Shown: positions 43,264-55,800 of the stretch, in pieces
How positions within the stretch are numbered: the stretch's first letter is position 1
Layout: each line of letters begins with the position of its first letter
Assembly (NCBI GenBank): GCA_002189035.1
Contig: CM007991.1
Location: 2,046,001-2,110,000, forward strand
DNA: 64,000 bases
DNA from: Utricularia gibba
Lineage: Eukaryota; Plantae; Magnoliophyta
Direction of reading: 5' to 3'
Made by a program: the position numbers and the translations under genes
The notes under the pieces: generated by a model
Database searches by the model: none
Seen by the model: the letters and a program-made list of their open reading frames with translations, nothing else
Told to the model about the DNA's origin: nothing

Positions 43264-43875
43264 TCACTTGTTCTCGCCAATCCCGAGGGTGCTCTTCACC
43301 GTGTTCACTGTGTCTTGAGCGACCTGAGCTACTTGCTCTCGAGTCTGAAGATAAAGCATAAGAACAATATCAATGTATTTACACATGCATTGTGTTTTTG
43401 TTTTTCATCATTCAAAAAGATGAAAAAAAAATCACCTGTTGGAGGAAACCAGTGGCCTCATTCTGGTTGGGGTCACCGCGGCTCTCTTCTTGGGAGCTAG
43501 CTGCGTTGGTGGCCTTTTCTTGGGCATTCTCAGCCGCAGTTGTGGCCTTCCCGTGGACACTCTCTGAGGCGTTGAAGGCCTTTTCTTGGGCAGCCTGAGA
43601 GGCGTTTCCAGCCTTCTCGTGCGCGCTCTCCGCTGCATTGATGGCCTTATCTTGGCCACTATGGAAGGCGTTTCCAGCTTTCTCCTGGGCGGCATTCGTG
43701 CTTGCCTTCGCATTCTCCATTATCTCCTCTGCCTTGCTCTGAACACGTATATCAATCATCATCATACATACCTACCGTTTAAAAAAGAGTGGGAGAAAGT
43801 TAGACAATACAAAACGTGGCGGCGTACCTGGGCATTGTCGCTGGGCTTTTCTTGATGCAACTGGACACTCGACAT
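43264..43875 (-). CDS. Group 3 (LEA_4) late embryogenesis abundant protein
   Basis: Exons 43875-43828, 43738-43437 and 43344-43264. Six 11-mer repeats (AQEKAGNAFHS, GQDKAINAAES, AHEKAGNASQA, AQEKAFNASES, VHGKATTAAEN, AQEKATNAASS) and the typical tail GFLQQ|TREQVAQVAQDTVNTVKSTLGI. Confidence 0.9.
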
Positions 43876-43925
43876 GTCGCTCAGAATGATGTTCAGGTTT
43901 TCGATCAGGCAAAGAAAGCACGATG

Positions 43926-44005
43926 TCGGAACAAGAAGCCTGCTTCTATTTATTTATATGCACCAAGAAAGCGCTTTTCTTGGTGCAACCCATGGAGACG
44001 CGTGT
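43926..44005 (-). promoter_or_regulatory. LEA proximal promoter and leader: TATA box, CE3-like and DRE-core motifs
   Basis: TATAAAT on the minus strand at about 43952-43958, ACGCGTGT at 43998-44005, CCGAC core at about 43925-43929. Confidence 0.45.
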
Positions 44006-44649
44006 ATTCCTACCTCTGAATCGGGAGTAAGGTATACCGCAAATCATGTTCATCTGTACGTCTTCTCCGTCCTCCATTTCAGGAGTTAGCGGCTCATGTG
44101 CCATTTCATATAACCGATTCAACTACTCAAATACATCCCAATTGATCATTTTTTTCCGTGTGTCGATTTGGTATTTTCCCCACAGTTCAAACCATGAGTA
44201 TCTTGGTTCCGTTGTCTTCATGTTGGAAGAAGGGGATGAACAACACACACAGAGAGATTCAGAAACAAACTTGCTGTTGAGAACAAGGAATAAATCTGCA
44301 AGTGTTATTATTCATTCATCATTTTCCTAAGGCTACTACACATAAGGATTGATGATCCTCAACTAACTTTCACTAGCATCATGCTGACTTCAACCTCTGC
44401 ACCTGAGGCCTTTCTTTGTTTATCATCCAACACTTCTCTCATTTTGTTTATAGTGGTGGAGTGATTCACAGGGGGTGTGAATGTGCTGTTGGTTGAAAGG
44501 ATGAAGTGCTTTTGTAGTATGAAAGATGGGGGGTGGATGTGCATATGATGCAAATGGTGTCACAACTGTATTGTGTTGTGTTGTTGCTGTATTACATGCT
44601 CAACTGACCTGCTCGCAAATCAGCTCTATATAAGACACTACTCTATCCA

Positions 44650-45547
44650 TCAACGAAATACATCCATCCATGAACCCAAAAGCGGGGAGATGAAGATAAT
44701 CAGTCTCAGCAACAAAGGCCAAACATCAGGACTCAATGTTACCTGTTTCTCCCTCCTTTTGTTCCTTTCTCTCCGAACAAATTTTGGAGCTCCTCGTCTC
44801 GAAGCCTTCGGCTTTACGATCACAACAACGTCTTCCCATCCACCAAGACGGCTGTTGTATGCACCGGAGTCTTGGTTGTTGGCTTCTGGCTCATCAAGCT
44901 TATCCCATCCTCCCAATCTCATTGAACTTTTCACGTATGAATCTCGGGGTTTAGCTTCTTGTTTTTCCTCTATAACCTGTTCTCTGGGTTTGATGGCATC
45001 TGCATCTTTGGATGTACTTGCCGCTCTCCTACCGAGATCTGGCTTGTCCCTCTCCTGAAACTTTTTGATAGCAAAGCTGAAAGTTGACCATCCAATGGCA
45101 GCTGCTAGTGCTAAAAGGAAGGCCTTTGGACCAGTGGCGAATAACATGGACAGAATAATTGCCGGGAGTGTCCAACCAAAGGATACAAAAGCCTGTGAAT
45201 AACACGAAGATTCAGTGGAACCAACCATCAAACATTTGGTGGGCACTGCAGTTTTAAAAGGCTAACTGCAGAGAAAAAGGAATGACCTTAAAGATCGAAA
45301 TGTGATCGATGTACTCTTTAAAAACCTCAATCCCCTGATCCGTAAACCCTCGGACATTTTCAGATTCATTGAATTTGTACGATGAATCAGTCTCCGACCG
45401 GCGTACATGGAGATGGTGCGGCGGCGGAACGGAGGAGATGAATAGGAGAAAAGAGGATGATCGGAAACAGCACCTGGAATGTAAAAGAAGATATGAAGAG
45501 AAAGACCGGGGGCGGAGTCGGGGTTCAATTCCCGCCATTATCGCCAT
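44650..45547 (-). CDS. Uncharacterised protein with a likely transit peptide and hydrophobic hairpin (At5g63040/At1g48460-like)
   Basis: Exon 45547-45287 (Ser/Arg-rich N-terminus) and exon 45192-44650 (AFVSFGWTLPAIILSMLFATGPKAFLLALA...GGWD..D...LLLRLIIFISPLLGSW) splice in phase 0. Confidence 0.7.
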
Positions 45548-46204
45548 TGCCGTACCTCCCTTATCGCCATTGTCGCCAGCTTGAGGTGCTAACGAGACGA
45601 GCGTGTCCAGCAAACCAGTATACATATATATCCTCAGAAAAATGTCTTCTGGATTTGGGGCCCACACGGACAACCCAACAGAGGTTTGGTAAACCTTCTT
45701 GTAAGAAAAACAGAAAACAACTGAAACAAAGATCCGAATCACAATCTGACTACTAGCTTTCAAACAATTGAAGGAGAATGCAAACGATGGTTAGAAGAAG
45801 AAGAAGGTGTTTCAATGCAGCGGATGCTCAAAAGTCTGGGTTTCTAGTTTGATTTTGTTTCCAGTATTTGTGTTTGTATCCGATTTTCGCCCATAAGTTT
45901 GCTAGCGCTTTTGTTTGTCATTGTCGTTGCTGCTCAGTTGTTTTTATCTGACTTTAGATGTTAGGGAGCCGCTTTTCGTTTCTGGGCTATCTCGAAACTC
46001 CATTTTTAGGTCAAACTGTAGAGGCATATTCCCCTTCTTTTATCTCATATGTAGGGGGTGGGATCCACGAATGCGATGCTGGATTTTGATCAAAGTTGGT
46101 GCTGAAATCACTTGTGGCTTTTGATGAGGATGCGGGATGGGAGTTACCCATGGAAGAAAGCCGTGCTTTTTGTGCAGTTTGCTTTGTGATTTTACTTGAT
46201 CTTC

Positions 46205-46849
46205 ATGGATATCAATCATAAAGTCGTTGAGGGTGACGCTTGTGTAGATGATGGGTTGCAGTCTCCAAAGGAAGTAGTGATTCAGGAGACTGATGCTTCT
46301 GATGAATCCCAGCCATTGCTAACATCCACCAAAGATCGGTTTTCTATGGCGCCCCAAAAATTGTTGCCGTCCATTAAGGATCCGTTTTCGATACCGTCCG
46401 AGAAATCGAAAAGGAAAGTTCAGTGGGTTGACTCGAATGGAGGTAAACTTGCACAAACAGTTGAATTCATACCGAGGTGAGGTGATTGATTTACAGATTC
46501 CTTCGCTGATTCCTATGTTAATCTATTATACCGATCACTTATGTTTTACTGGCTTTCTGATCATAAAGTTTCTTTCCTCTTTAGTACAAGGATAACTGTC
46601 TCATACTAGTTTTATACTAGTTTTACAACGCTCACTCCGCAAGCTATCTTTGTGATTGATACTTTCTTTGGGTTAAAAGTGCTTGTTTGGGTGATTGTAC
46701 ACTGTGATTGCGTCAGAATTATCTTGGAATTTGTGGCTGCTTTGTAGAATCTTTGTGGGTGGTTGAAGTTGATTCACTTTTTGGTTTGCAGTGATGTGAG
46801 CGATGAAGATGAGGAAGATTCAGATTCTTGCATCTGTGGAATAATGTAG
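46205..46849 (+). CDS. Small protein of unknown function with a C-terminal CaaX motif (At1g22790-like)
   Basis: Exons 46205-46476 and 46792-46849 give ...KRKVQWVDSNGGKLAQTVEFIP|SDVSDEDEEDSDSCICGIM*, matching a recalled plant family ending RKVQW.D..G..L....EF.PS....D...C.C.I(M/L). Confidence 0.75.
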
Positions 46850-47140
46850 AGCGACTGACTGTAGAGCTGCATTGTTGCAACAGATTTGATGAGTTTTGGA
46901 TCATGCCCACCGTGAGCTTCTTCAATGGCTTCCTCTGGAAAATATAAATTTCCAAAACAACTGATCATTGAAAGTAGTTTCTATGATCATCAGCCTGCGA
47001 TTTTTACACACGAAACTCAAATACAGAGAAGAGGATGTCCTGCTCTCTCCTAACAATATGGCTCTTTGTCTACAGATTCCCCTAATGACTATTCTTTACA
47101 AAGGAATGCATGCAATCCCAGAGGGGTGTGTCCTTGTCTC

Positions 47141-50100
47141 TTAGGTGATCGCAATTGCAGGCCTCCTCTTTGCCAAGTGAAATGTCTTCTTGAGAAACTG
47201 ACTCGCTGCTCGATCGCCTCTGTAGCACAAAATCCTCAGAATGGTCGTGGGATCAAATCGACTCCATTTTATGGTAGCTGGAGAGGTCGCGTGCTTCTGT
47301 CCCTCCTCCACCATCGCCTCAAGCTTGAAGTCATCACCGGCAACACCATAGAGTTCTTCTACCAGCTGCTCAGTTGACTGTCCCATGAGTGCTACTATAC
47401 CATCAGCTGCTTCGGCTTCTCTTTCAATGACATCCTCAACGATTAATCCTTCACAACTACAGAAAACCTGCTTCAAACCCTCCAAATCTTCCTTGATCAT
47501 CGGGTGATCTGCTGCAGAAAAGTGCCGAGAGCTACCTCCTGCTAGAAGCACCAAAAGGAATGACTCGAGGGAGGCTTTCGCCACCTCTTTCAATGCTGCT
47601 CGTTGAGCGTTTTCTACTACAATGGCACAAAGAAGCGTGAGATTCTGCTTGAGAATTCGAAGTGTTGGGCTGATGCGTGAGTTTGCCACATCGCCCACAT
47701 ATAAGCCATTGTAGAAGACATTCATGGAATCTAAGAATATGAGCCGGTAAGCTGCCACTTCTGATACATGACGAGAAGCTTCTTGTATTTGTGAAAGAAT
47801 GCTTTCAAAGTGGCATCCTCCCGGTGTACTTATTCCAATGAATCTACTCTTTGCCAGTAGTTTCTTCGGGGAGATAGACAGATGTCGGCTAAGGGCTTGG
47901 ACTTCATTTGCAAGGTAGTTCAGAGTGTTCAGCCTGATGTACAGGCGTTGTGTTCCTCTGCTGATTGATGGTCGTGGCTGATTTTCACTGTTGAAAATTA
48001 TACAGTTCGGATCCTCAACTCCGACACTGCATGCTGCTATTTTCCAGAGTTTCGAGAATTTTGAATCCTGGCTACATCGTGTCAGGGGGGGTAATGCTGG
48101 GATGTAACTTTGTTTTGATCCTGAAAAAGAGATGAAGCTTGTTGGTTCAATCACAAATGATGACAGAATTTTCTCTAGATGAGTTTGCTTACCACATGAT
48201 GCAACAAAAGCAATGTAATCTCCATGAATTTTCTCCAACCCTCCAACAAAGTCGTGAAACAAGCTATCAGGTATGTTCACAGGGATTTCAAAGAGAGTCT
48301 CCGCAGACTCCTTGGCGAAGGTAAGAACTTCTGTTGCAGAATGGGCGTATGGCTCCGATTTGGATTTCGGATTCCATGTCTGCAGAATTGATTATCAAAA
48401 AAGTTTCATAGAAAGACAACATTGATCAATTTTTTTTTTTTCCATTAAGTTGTTAAACTCTTACCTCTGTTTGCTTGGCTCTCAAAATATGCTCACATCC
48501 TTTGTGCAACAACATCTCCTCGATCTTCTGCTTCAATAATCCATGAATGATGGATTCGACTTCGAATGGAACCATCTCTTGCATCATTGCTTTTCCTCCA
48601 TCCTCACATTCAACTGAATCCTCGACAACCACTTGGACCAAAGCCTTCTCAAGCTTCTCTGCCCTTTGCAAAACCAATACTGTTTCATTTACCATCGAAG
48701 GATTAGCTGCCATGAACTTCTTAAGCAAAGCTCCATAGCAAGTGTGTAAAGAAACAGCAGCCAACCCAGTTGCTATGGGGTGCCATTTCTTCAGCACAGG
48801 ACTGAAAATATTCTTCTCCACTGCAATCAACTCGTCAGTCCTTCTTGCAAGCTTGATTAGTACTTCACTCGGATCTTGTGCTTCTGCGCTCTTGAAGCCG
48901 TTCACATTTTGTTCTTCGATCATCTTCTTAGAGAAAACCATGTTAGTGGCTCTTGAAAGCTGAGATGAGGCAGCTATAGATATGGAAACAACATGAACAT
49001 ATTTACATACTAACACAAACCTTAGTGAATGCAATTTGTAAAGATGATCGAATGTAGTGATCAACTCTGACGCCGTTAAGATCATCACTAACTTTTCCTT
49101 TTTCATGGACTGAATTTACATTGCATGGAACATCCTCTTCAAGGATCTTCTTAACCGAAAAAAGTAAAGGAAGCATGTTTTCCATCAGTCCCACATTATC
49201 CTTGTTGAAATTGCCATGATAATTAAGCAATCTCTTCTCTAACCATTTCTTCATTGCGCTTAAAACACTACCCAGCGTCTGCAGATACACATCCTCTCTG
49301 TCTGTCTTCTTTGCATCAGAAGCAACTTCGGCCAGCAGAACAAAAGATGCACTCAATAGATCAGGTTCCCTTTGACCTGTCACTATATATTGCTCAAAAA
49401 ACACCCAAGTAACACAAATATTATGCAATGATCGATTAATCCCCAAAGTAGACCATGTTTTCTTCATAAGCTCAAGCAATTCATCCACTTCATCTAATAC
49501 TAGTGTGCCATCTTTCATGTCGAAAATTGATGATAACAATGCAGAATATATTCGGACATTTAAGGGATACCCATCAGCCCAGTGACACATTTCAGGAGTT
49601 CCATCATGCCGGCTCCTACAAGCCAAAGAGATAACACAGTTGGATAACCTTCTCATTGACTCGGAATTCTTTGCGGAGTCTATTAGTTTCAACTCAGCAG
49701 CGCTAATGATTTCTTGAAGCTCTACTGCACTTGAGTCATTTTTTTTGAGTGGAACCAAAGGGTGAAGAAGAAGGCCGGCTTTGAGCAGTTTCAGTTGATG
49801 TATTTGCCATAAACTGCAATCATGAGGGTCATCAAATTCAGATGGTTTCAAATGGCGCATCAACTCCAGAGGAAGGATCATCGTCTCAGGACGCTTTCCC
49901 ATCTTCAAGAAGCCATTGAATTGATTGAAACAACATAAGAGTGAAATCAATAAATTGATCACAAGCTTTTCGAACATACTTGGCCAACGAGAGTTCTCAT
50001 CAGAGTTTTCCTTAGCCTTCCATCGGTCTGCTCCGTTACCCTCATCTGTTGCCTCATTATCTCGGCCACAGTCATTGGCCTCCTCAACCTTCCCTCCGAT

Positions 50101-50521
50101 GGAATTGTACTGAACGCCGCCGATTGCTTGGAATCTGAAAACGGGCAGGATCCAAACGAGTAGCTCCTCCGCGAAAACGGCGACTGCCCCATCATCTTCA
50201 ACCCTAAAGCCCTCTTCACACGGCTGTTCCCCCCATATTTCATCGGAGACCCAGTACCCATCGACACATTTCCATCCTCCGAAGCAGCATTGTAATACGT
50301 GAGCGCACCCCGGCCACCAAAACCAGGCGACGAACGGCAAGAGGTGAAGAAAACCTCGTAAGCAACCTGACAAAAGTCATCTTGATCAAGGCCTTCGATT
50401 TCACCAAACGGTGAAGGTATCTCCGATTTGGGTGCTAGTCGCGTCCCCTCCGGATATTGTATCAGCCGTGGGAGTACGGGAGGCTGTCATATGCGCTGGT
50501 GTGGCGGAAATGGCGACCCAT
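47141..50521 (-). CDS. unc-13 homolog / DUF810 protein (PATROL1 family, At2g33420/At1g04470-like)
   Basis: Exons 50521-49980, 49892-49021, about 48926-48465 and 48379-47141. Motifs AYEVFFTSCRSSPGFGGRGALTYY, RRPMTVAEIMRQQMRVTEQTDGRLRKTLMR, CHWADGYPLN, YIPALPPLTRC, TQRLYIRLNTL, TILRILCYRGD. One base is missing at about 50470-50482. Confidence 0.93.
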
Positions 50522-51052
50522 TGATGAAGCGGGTCGGTTTTCCGACGAACGCGAAACTAACGCCGTGTCGATATCCAGCGGGAGAGAAAAAGTGAAGATC
50601 AAATGGAATTCGTGAATACTGCTGAAGAGAAATAGTAGCCATTAGAGACATTGGTGGCTCCATCGTTCTGAAACTGGGGAAAGCCCCGCGAGATTGCCGG
50701 GGAATCGCCATGTCCTAAAACGAGCGCGGAGATCTGTAATACACATCTTTAAACGAAACTCAGATTTGGGCCTGTCTTAACTCCAGCTCAACAAAACCTC
50801 TAGCCCAAAGGCCCAAACTATTTCATTACAAGGCTGAAAGCTAATCGCTCGACGTTACTGAGGCGGAGCAGAATGAACTATGAAGCGGCTGTCCTTCTGG
50901 CTACCCAATTCGTATCGCCGGAAGGTTCGTTACCGGAGTCGAAGATTTTTTGCTTTTCTCTTGATTCTTAAATTTCTCGAAGCACAAGAGGCGAGGATTT
51001 GATTCTCCTCCGATCGTGATTGTTGATCCCTTTTTGTTTGATTCAACCGCTA
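50522..51052. promoter_or_regulatory. Bidirectional promoter between the DUF810 and Agenet genes
   Basis: About 530 bp between divergent ATGs, with site II elements TGGGCC at 50767-50772 and AGCCCA/GGCCCA at about 50802-50815. Confidence 0.45.
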
Positions 51053-52524
51053 ATGGCAACTTCAGGTGTAGATAGTATTGCGCATTACTTCAGTAAAGGT
51101 ACCAAGGTTGAGATTAGTAGTAATGATGAAGGTTTTCAGGGTTCTTGGTACTTGGGAACTGTAATTCGGGGACCTGTGGTCACAAAGAAAACTTGCTCGA
51201 AAGTGCTTGTGGAGTACGATACGCTGATGGAAGATGAGGCAAGTAAGAAGCCGCTTAGGGAGGAGGTGGAGTTGGTGGATCTCAGGCCATCTTTGCCTGC
51301 GGAGAATCGCGCTTCTTACGAGTTTGACGAGGAAGTAGATGCGTGTCACAATGATGGGTGGTGGGAGGGGGTTATAACTGAAGTACGGGGAAACGATGAG
51401 TACTCCGTTTTCTTCCGAGGTACTCGGGAGCAAATTTCTTTCAAATCCTCACAACTTAGATTACATCGTGAATGGTCGAATGGGGAATGGGATCCACCGT
51501 TCGAAGGATCGCCTGAAACTGCCAACAGGAATGAGGTAAATTTTATGGGAATAACGCAGTCGGATTAGTAGATACCGTGGTTCCCGAACTCCAGTAGCAA
51601 CTAGTAGGTAGCATGGAGAGTTGTCAAAGTTATGAAAATCTGGTCTGATGTGGTGTCATCTAATTTTTGTTTTTGGTAGTGCCATGTACAGGCATGCTGA
51701 TCGATACTCAAGTCTGATTGGTTAGACTGCTTATTACTCATTTGTAATGGCCCAACTGCTCTCTGTGTTCTAAGAGAAGTGAACTTGATGTTTTATTACC
51801 ATTTCATTCATGAATGATTGTGTGTCTCCATTGACAACTTCCCTTTTCTTGAATCATGAGCTTAAAACCACGAAATCTGTCAATTAAGTTTCCCTGTTTC
51901 TAACTTCCCATCGCCAAGACTACTTGCTTATGATCTCTCATGGATTACCTATTGTGTTATCCCTTGAAATGCAGAAAACTCCAGCATCAGCCAGACGTGA
52001 CCCTAGAAAATATGGGGTTGATCAACATTTTCACCAAGGAGCTTCCATCGAAGTTCGTTCCGATGAGGGGGGTTTTGAAGATGCTTGGTATACTGCAAAA
52101 ATCCTGAAGAAACTAAAGGAAGACATGTATCTTGTTGAGTACGAGACACTGAGGTGTGATGATGATTCTGATTACCTGAGAGAAGAAACTGATATCCAGA
52201 ATATAAGACCATTTCCATCTGATATTAAAACAAACAGTTTTCAAGTTGGGGATGAAGTGGATGCTTTCTACAACGATGGCTGGTGGTCAGGTGTCATAAG
52301 CAAAGTTGTCAGGAAAGGCCATTTCAATGTTTCCTTCAAGACAACTGGGGAGAATTTAAAGTTCCGCCAATCCGATCTCCGTATCCATCAAGAATGGAAG
52401 GATGGAAACTGGACCGTTCACTCTAAGGTACAAGTCCAAGCACTTCTGAGTTAATCCACTGAATGCATTCGCTTTGCCTTGGAACTAACCATTTCCGACC
52501 CTTCAGGAGCAGAAGAAGGCATGA
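51053..52524 (+). CDS. Agenet (plant Tudor) domain protein with two tandem Agenet pairs (ADCP1/DUF724-family-like)
   Basis: Exons 51053-51536, 51975-52427 and 52507-52524. FSKGTKVEISSNDEGFQGSWY...VDACHNDGWWEGVI...LRLHREW and GASIEVRSDEGGFEDAWY...VDAFYNDGWWSGVI...LRIHQEW. Ends EQKKA*. Confidence 0.88.
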
Positions 52525-52922
52525 AATTGTCTCCCTTCTTCACAATCTGTTGCTGACTCTGCTTATGGAAAAGGTACCCACCCTATCGACACGAGTTCTT
52601 ATTCCGATGACTCGTTGCAGTATAGAAAAAAATAGGCCTACCCATTTGAGGTTTGTATTGGTTTCCTAGACAGTATTTCTAGTTAACTAGAAGAATTCAG
52701 ACGAATCGAGAATCGAACAGTCATGGATGCTGTGCAGTACTGTCCAAAATACCTAACTAGGTGCTCTTTGTTGTTAGAATCTAAAAACATCCATTTCACA
52801 GCTTGCTTATTCAGAAAAATAATAGGATTCGATCTGTGCTCGAAGGTGAGTTGAGGTTATTTACTGCATACATGATGCTTTTTCGTGGTAGAAGTAATAG
52901 GAACTGGGATGCAGTGAACCGC

Positions 52923-55154
52923 CTAATCTATAGCAGGATCTTTGTACCTCTTGAAGACATTTTCTATGTCTTTCTCCACTTCAGGAGGCAGAGGCCTCTC
53001 TGTTTTGAGGACCGCATCAATGTCTTGAGCCAGCTGCTCCACGGTTGTAGCACCAATTATCGAGCTCGTAACGAATGGCCGGTCTCTCACAAATGCAAGA
53101 GCTAGCTCCACCAAACTCAGTCCATGTTTCTTTGCTACTTCAAGATACTTGCCTGTGGCTTCCTGCGAGTTAAGTACCGTAAAGGAATGCACAACAGCAT
53201 GTTACCAGCAGAAGCAGCACAAGGATGCTTTACCTTGGAAACGGACTTGTTGTATCTTTCCATGTATCCTGGAAAGAGGTTAAATCTACCTATTTTTGCA
53301 GCTTCTGAATTGCTGTCTAGGTACTTCCCGGACAAGGCTCCCCCAGCAAGAGGAGAATAAGCCAACAATCCAATGTTGCAGTTTTTTGGGTGACAAACTT
53401 CAATGAGATCAACTGCACAGTTCGAAATTTGTTTTTTCTCAAGGGACGTTTCTGTCTAGCATGAATTGCATGGGAAATCTATATTTTGTAGCGTTACTTA
53501 CGTTCATACTTGCATCTGACCAGCAGACTGTAGCTGTTCTGTGTACTCACGATCTTTGGTAATCCTTCCACTTTAGCAGCATGAACGAACTGCATTATTC
53601 CGTATGAAGTTTCATTGGAAACACCAATGTATCTCACCTGTAGGCATAGAGGCATTTATAGGAATATATCTACTCAAGATATGAATGAAGGGATTAGCCA
53701 GAGCAAGTATAGATAGCATCCGCACCTTTCCTTGATCTATCAGCTCTTGGAATGCCCTCAATTGATCTGCAAATGGCACACTTTCTCTCCATCTTGAGAA
53801 TTCGTATAGATAACCCCCAAACAAGGAAACGTAACGGTCCGGCCTGAAATATGCGTAAATCAGAAAACATACATATGGATGGAAAAAGGCCAACTAAGGA
53901 AGCTTGAAGTTAAATGGTGCGTTGTAGTTTGTTCTCTATGTTAGTAATGACTAGTTCTTTTATGTTTTTCCTTGTTAGGGACTCATTTCATTGGAAGATA
54001 ATACTCCCAAAGCCAAGAGTGACTAGTTTACAAATCCCATTCTAATGAAGAGCCGACAACTTAATGATAAGGTCTAAACATGGATATGAGGAAAGAGACA
54101 ACGAGATAGAGCATGGGCAGTACCAGTGTATCTGGAGCAAGTCAATGTAATCTGTACCAAGGCGTTGGAGACTTTTCTCCACACTCTCCTTAATATTGGC
54201 AGCATCCACACGGACAACGCTTGCATTGTCCCGTATATAAGATTTTTCAGAATACCCAGATACTTTTGTGGCCAGAATTACCTTGAAAAAACTATATTTT
54301 GCTTTGAATGCTCAAAGCAAGCGCGCAACCAACTTCATGAATGGAAAATTTCATGTACCTTATCTCGAGGCTGGGACTTCAACCAATTTGCAATGTAACG
54401 GTCTGTCCTTCCTTGGGTCTCCTTCTTAACAGGGATTGGATACTACAGATGACAGTTTAATTGTTTAAACTAGCAACAGAAATTGATCACGTGGACAATC
54501 CACTAGTCAAACTAGTTTGGAAATAGGGGACATATCACTTTTTCAGGCATGGTCAATTTATAGCAAAGTTACTCTTCCAGGAAATATAAATGGCTAATTA
54601 ATTGGCTTATGAGAATCTCAATTCCATTAGATTTCAAATAATTTGTTGCATCCGCTGCACATATTTCGACATTTTCAAAATCGGTTATGACCGCACACAG
54701 TCATTGAGAATTGCAATTCAGCACATAATTCAGCCATATTTCTACCATTGAGAATTACCATTTCAGCAGTGTCGAGAGCATTGATCCCTCTCTCAAAAGC
54801 GTAGCTAAGCTGCTCATGAGCCTCTTTCTCAGTATTCTGCTCCCCAAAAGTCATCTACAGCAGAATAACCTAAACTGCATCAGGCGGAAAATTTCTCGCA
54901 TATCCGGGAATTCCTAATGCGTATTTAAGCCAGATCCAAACCGTGCCGAGCGTGATTTCACTGATAACGAGATCGGAGTCTCCAAGCTTCCTATACTCCA
55001 GCGCCTTGCCGCTTTGCTTCCAACTGCAAACAACGAGGCTGCTGTTGCTCCTCTTCCTCCGCCATACCGGAGCTAAATGGCGGCTCGAGGAAACGTGAGT
55101 GCATTTTTCTCCAGTGTGGACAAAGCAATGGATAATTCCAGGCGATGAAGCCAT
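52923..55154 (-). CDS. Tas-like NADP-dependent aldo-keto reductase, probably plastid-targeted (At1g04420-like)
   Basis: Transit-peptide-like N-terminus, YRKLGDSDLVISEITLGT|MTFGEQN, DTAEM|YP, LATKVSG, LGTDYIDLLQIHW|PDRY, IGVSNET, LLAYSPLAGGALSGKY, IIGATT. Eight exons in frame. Confidence 0.95.
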
Positions 55155-55800
55155 TAGTCCACACAATCGCTTCTCGGCTAAAGCTGGGGGCCGAGCAGAA
55201 CCTGGAGATCACGTTTTCGAACACGAGGCGCCAGGGCCGCCAGGTAACCGTTGATGGACGTTGTGTGGGCCGTTTGAAAAGAAAGCAAAAATAGAATTAC
55301 TGATTGTATACGTTGAAGAGATGCTCTCTCCCATTTGGGCCTCATAAGTTGGACCAACATTATTTCTTGAGCCTATTAATCAACGGGCCCAATACTTATT
55401 CATTTGGATAAGAAGGCCCAATTATGTTGCTCGGCGGCTCAACCTACGAACGGCAGCAGGTGGCCGTGTGCCGGAAGAAATTTTTGGAGGAAATTGCTGA
55501 GAGTAGCGGCAGGAAGGTGATTGATGGCCTTCTTTTTTTTTTTTTTTTCTGTGTGTAATAGAGATAGGTGATTTTATGGAGTTTTCAATTGTTTTATTGG
55601 AGTTTGCACTGCGTCTGTCCCGGAAAGAATGAAGGAACATGCGTTTTATCGGCTTGGGTAGAAAAACTTGCTTCTAGATTTGAGCGTATGGCGTGAAAAA
55701 GCAGAGAGAATGCGGAGTTCTGAAATTGTGGAAGTGATTTTTGGTGCTCTGTGGTAAATTGCGATGCTTTTTTGTTTCTCCAGTGAAAAGCACTCGATAA
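55155..55800. promoter_or_regulatory. Bidirectional promoter between the aldo-keto reductase and neuroguidin genes
   Basis: Site II cluster: TGGGCC at 55266-55271 and 55336-55341, GGGCCCA at about 55385-55391, GGCCCA at 55415-55420. Confidence 0.5.

Noticed and set aside
43412-43713. 33-bp periodic repeats as a possible CRISPR-like or satellite array
   Set aside because: Fully explained by LEA 11-mer coding repeats. The RLK periodicity is likewise explained by LRRs.
49003-50373. The listed 456-aa ORF and many other track ORFs as independent genes
   Set aside because: They are exon-plus-intron read-throughs, shifted frames or antisense shadows of the spliced genes annotated above.
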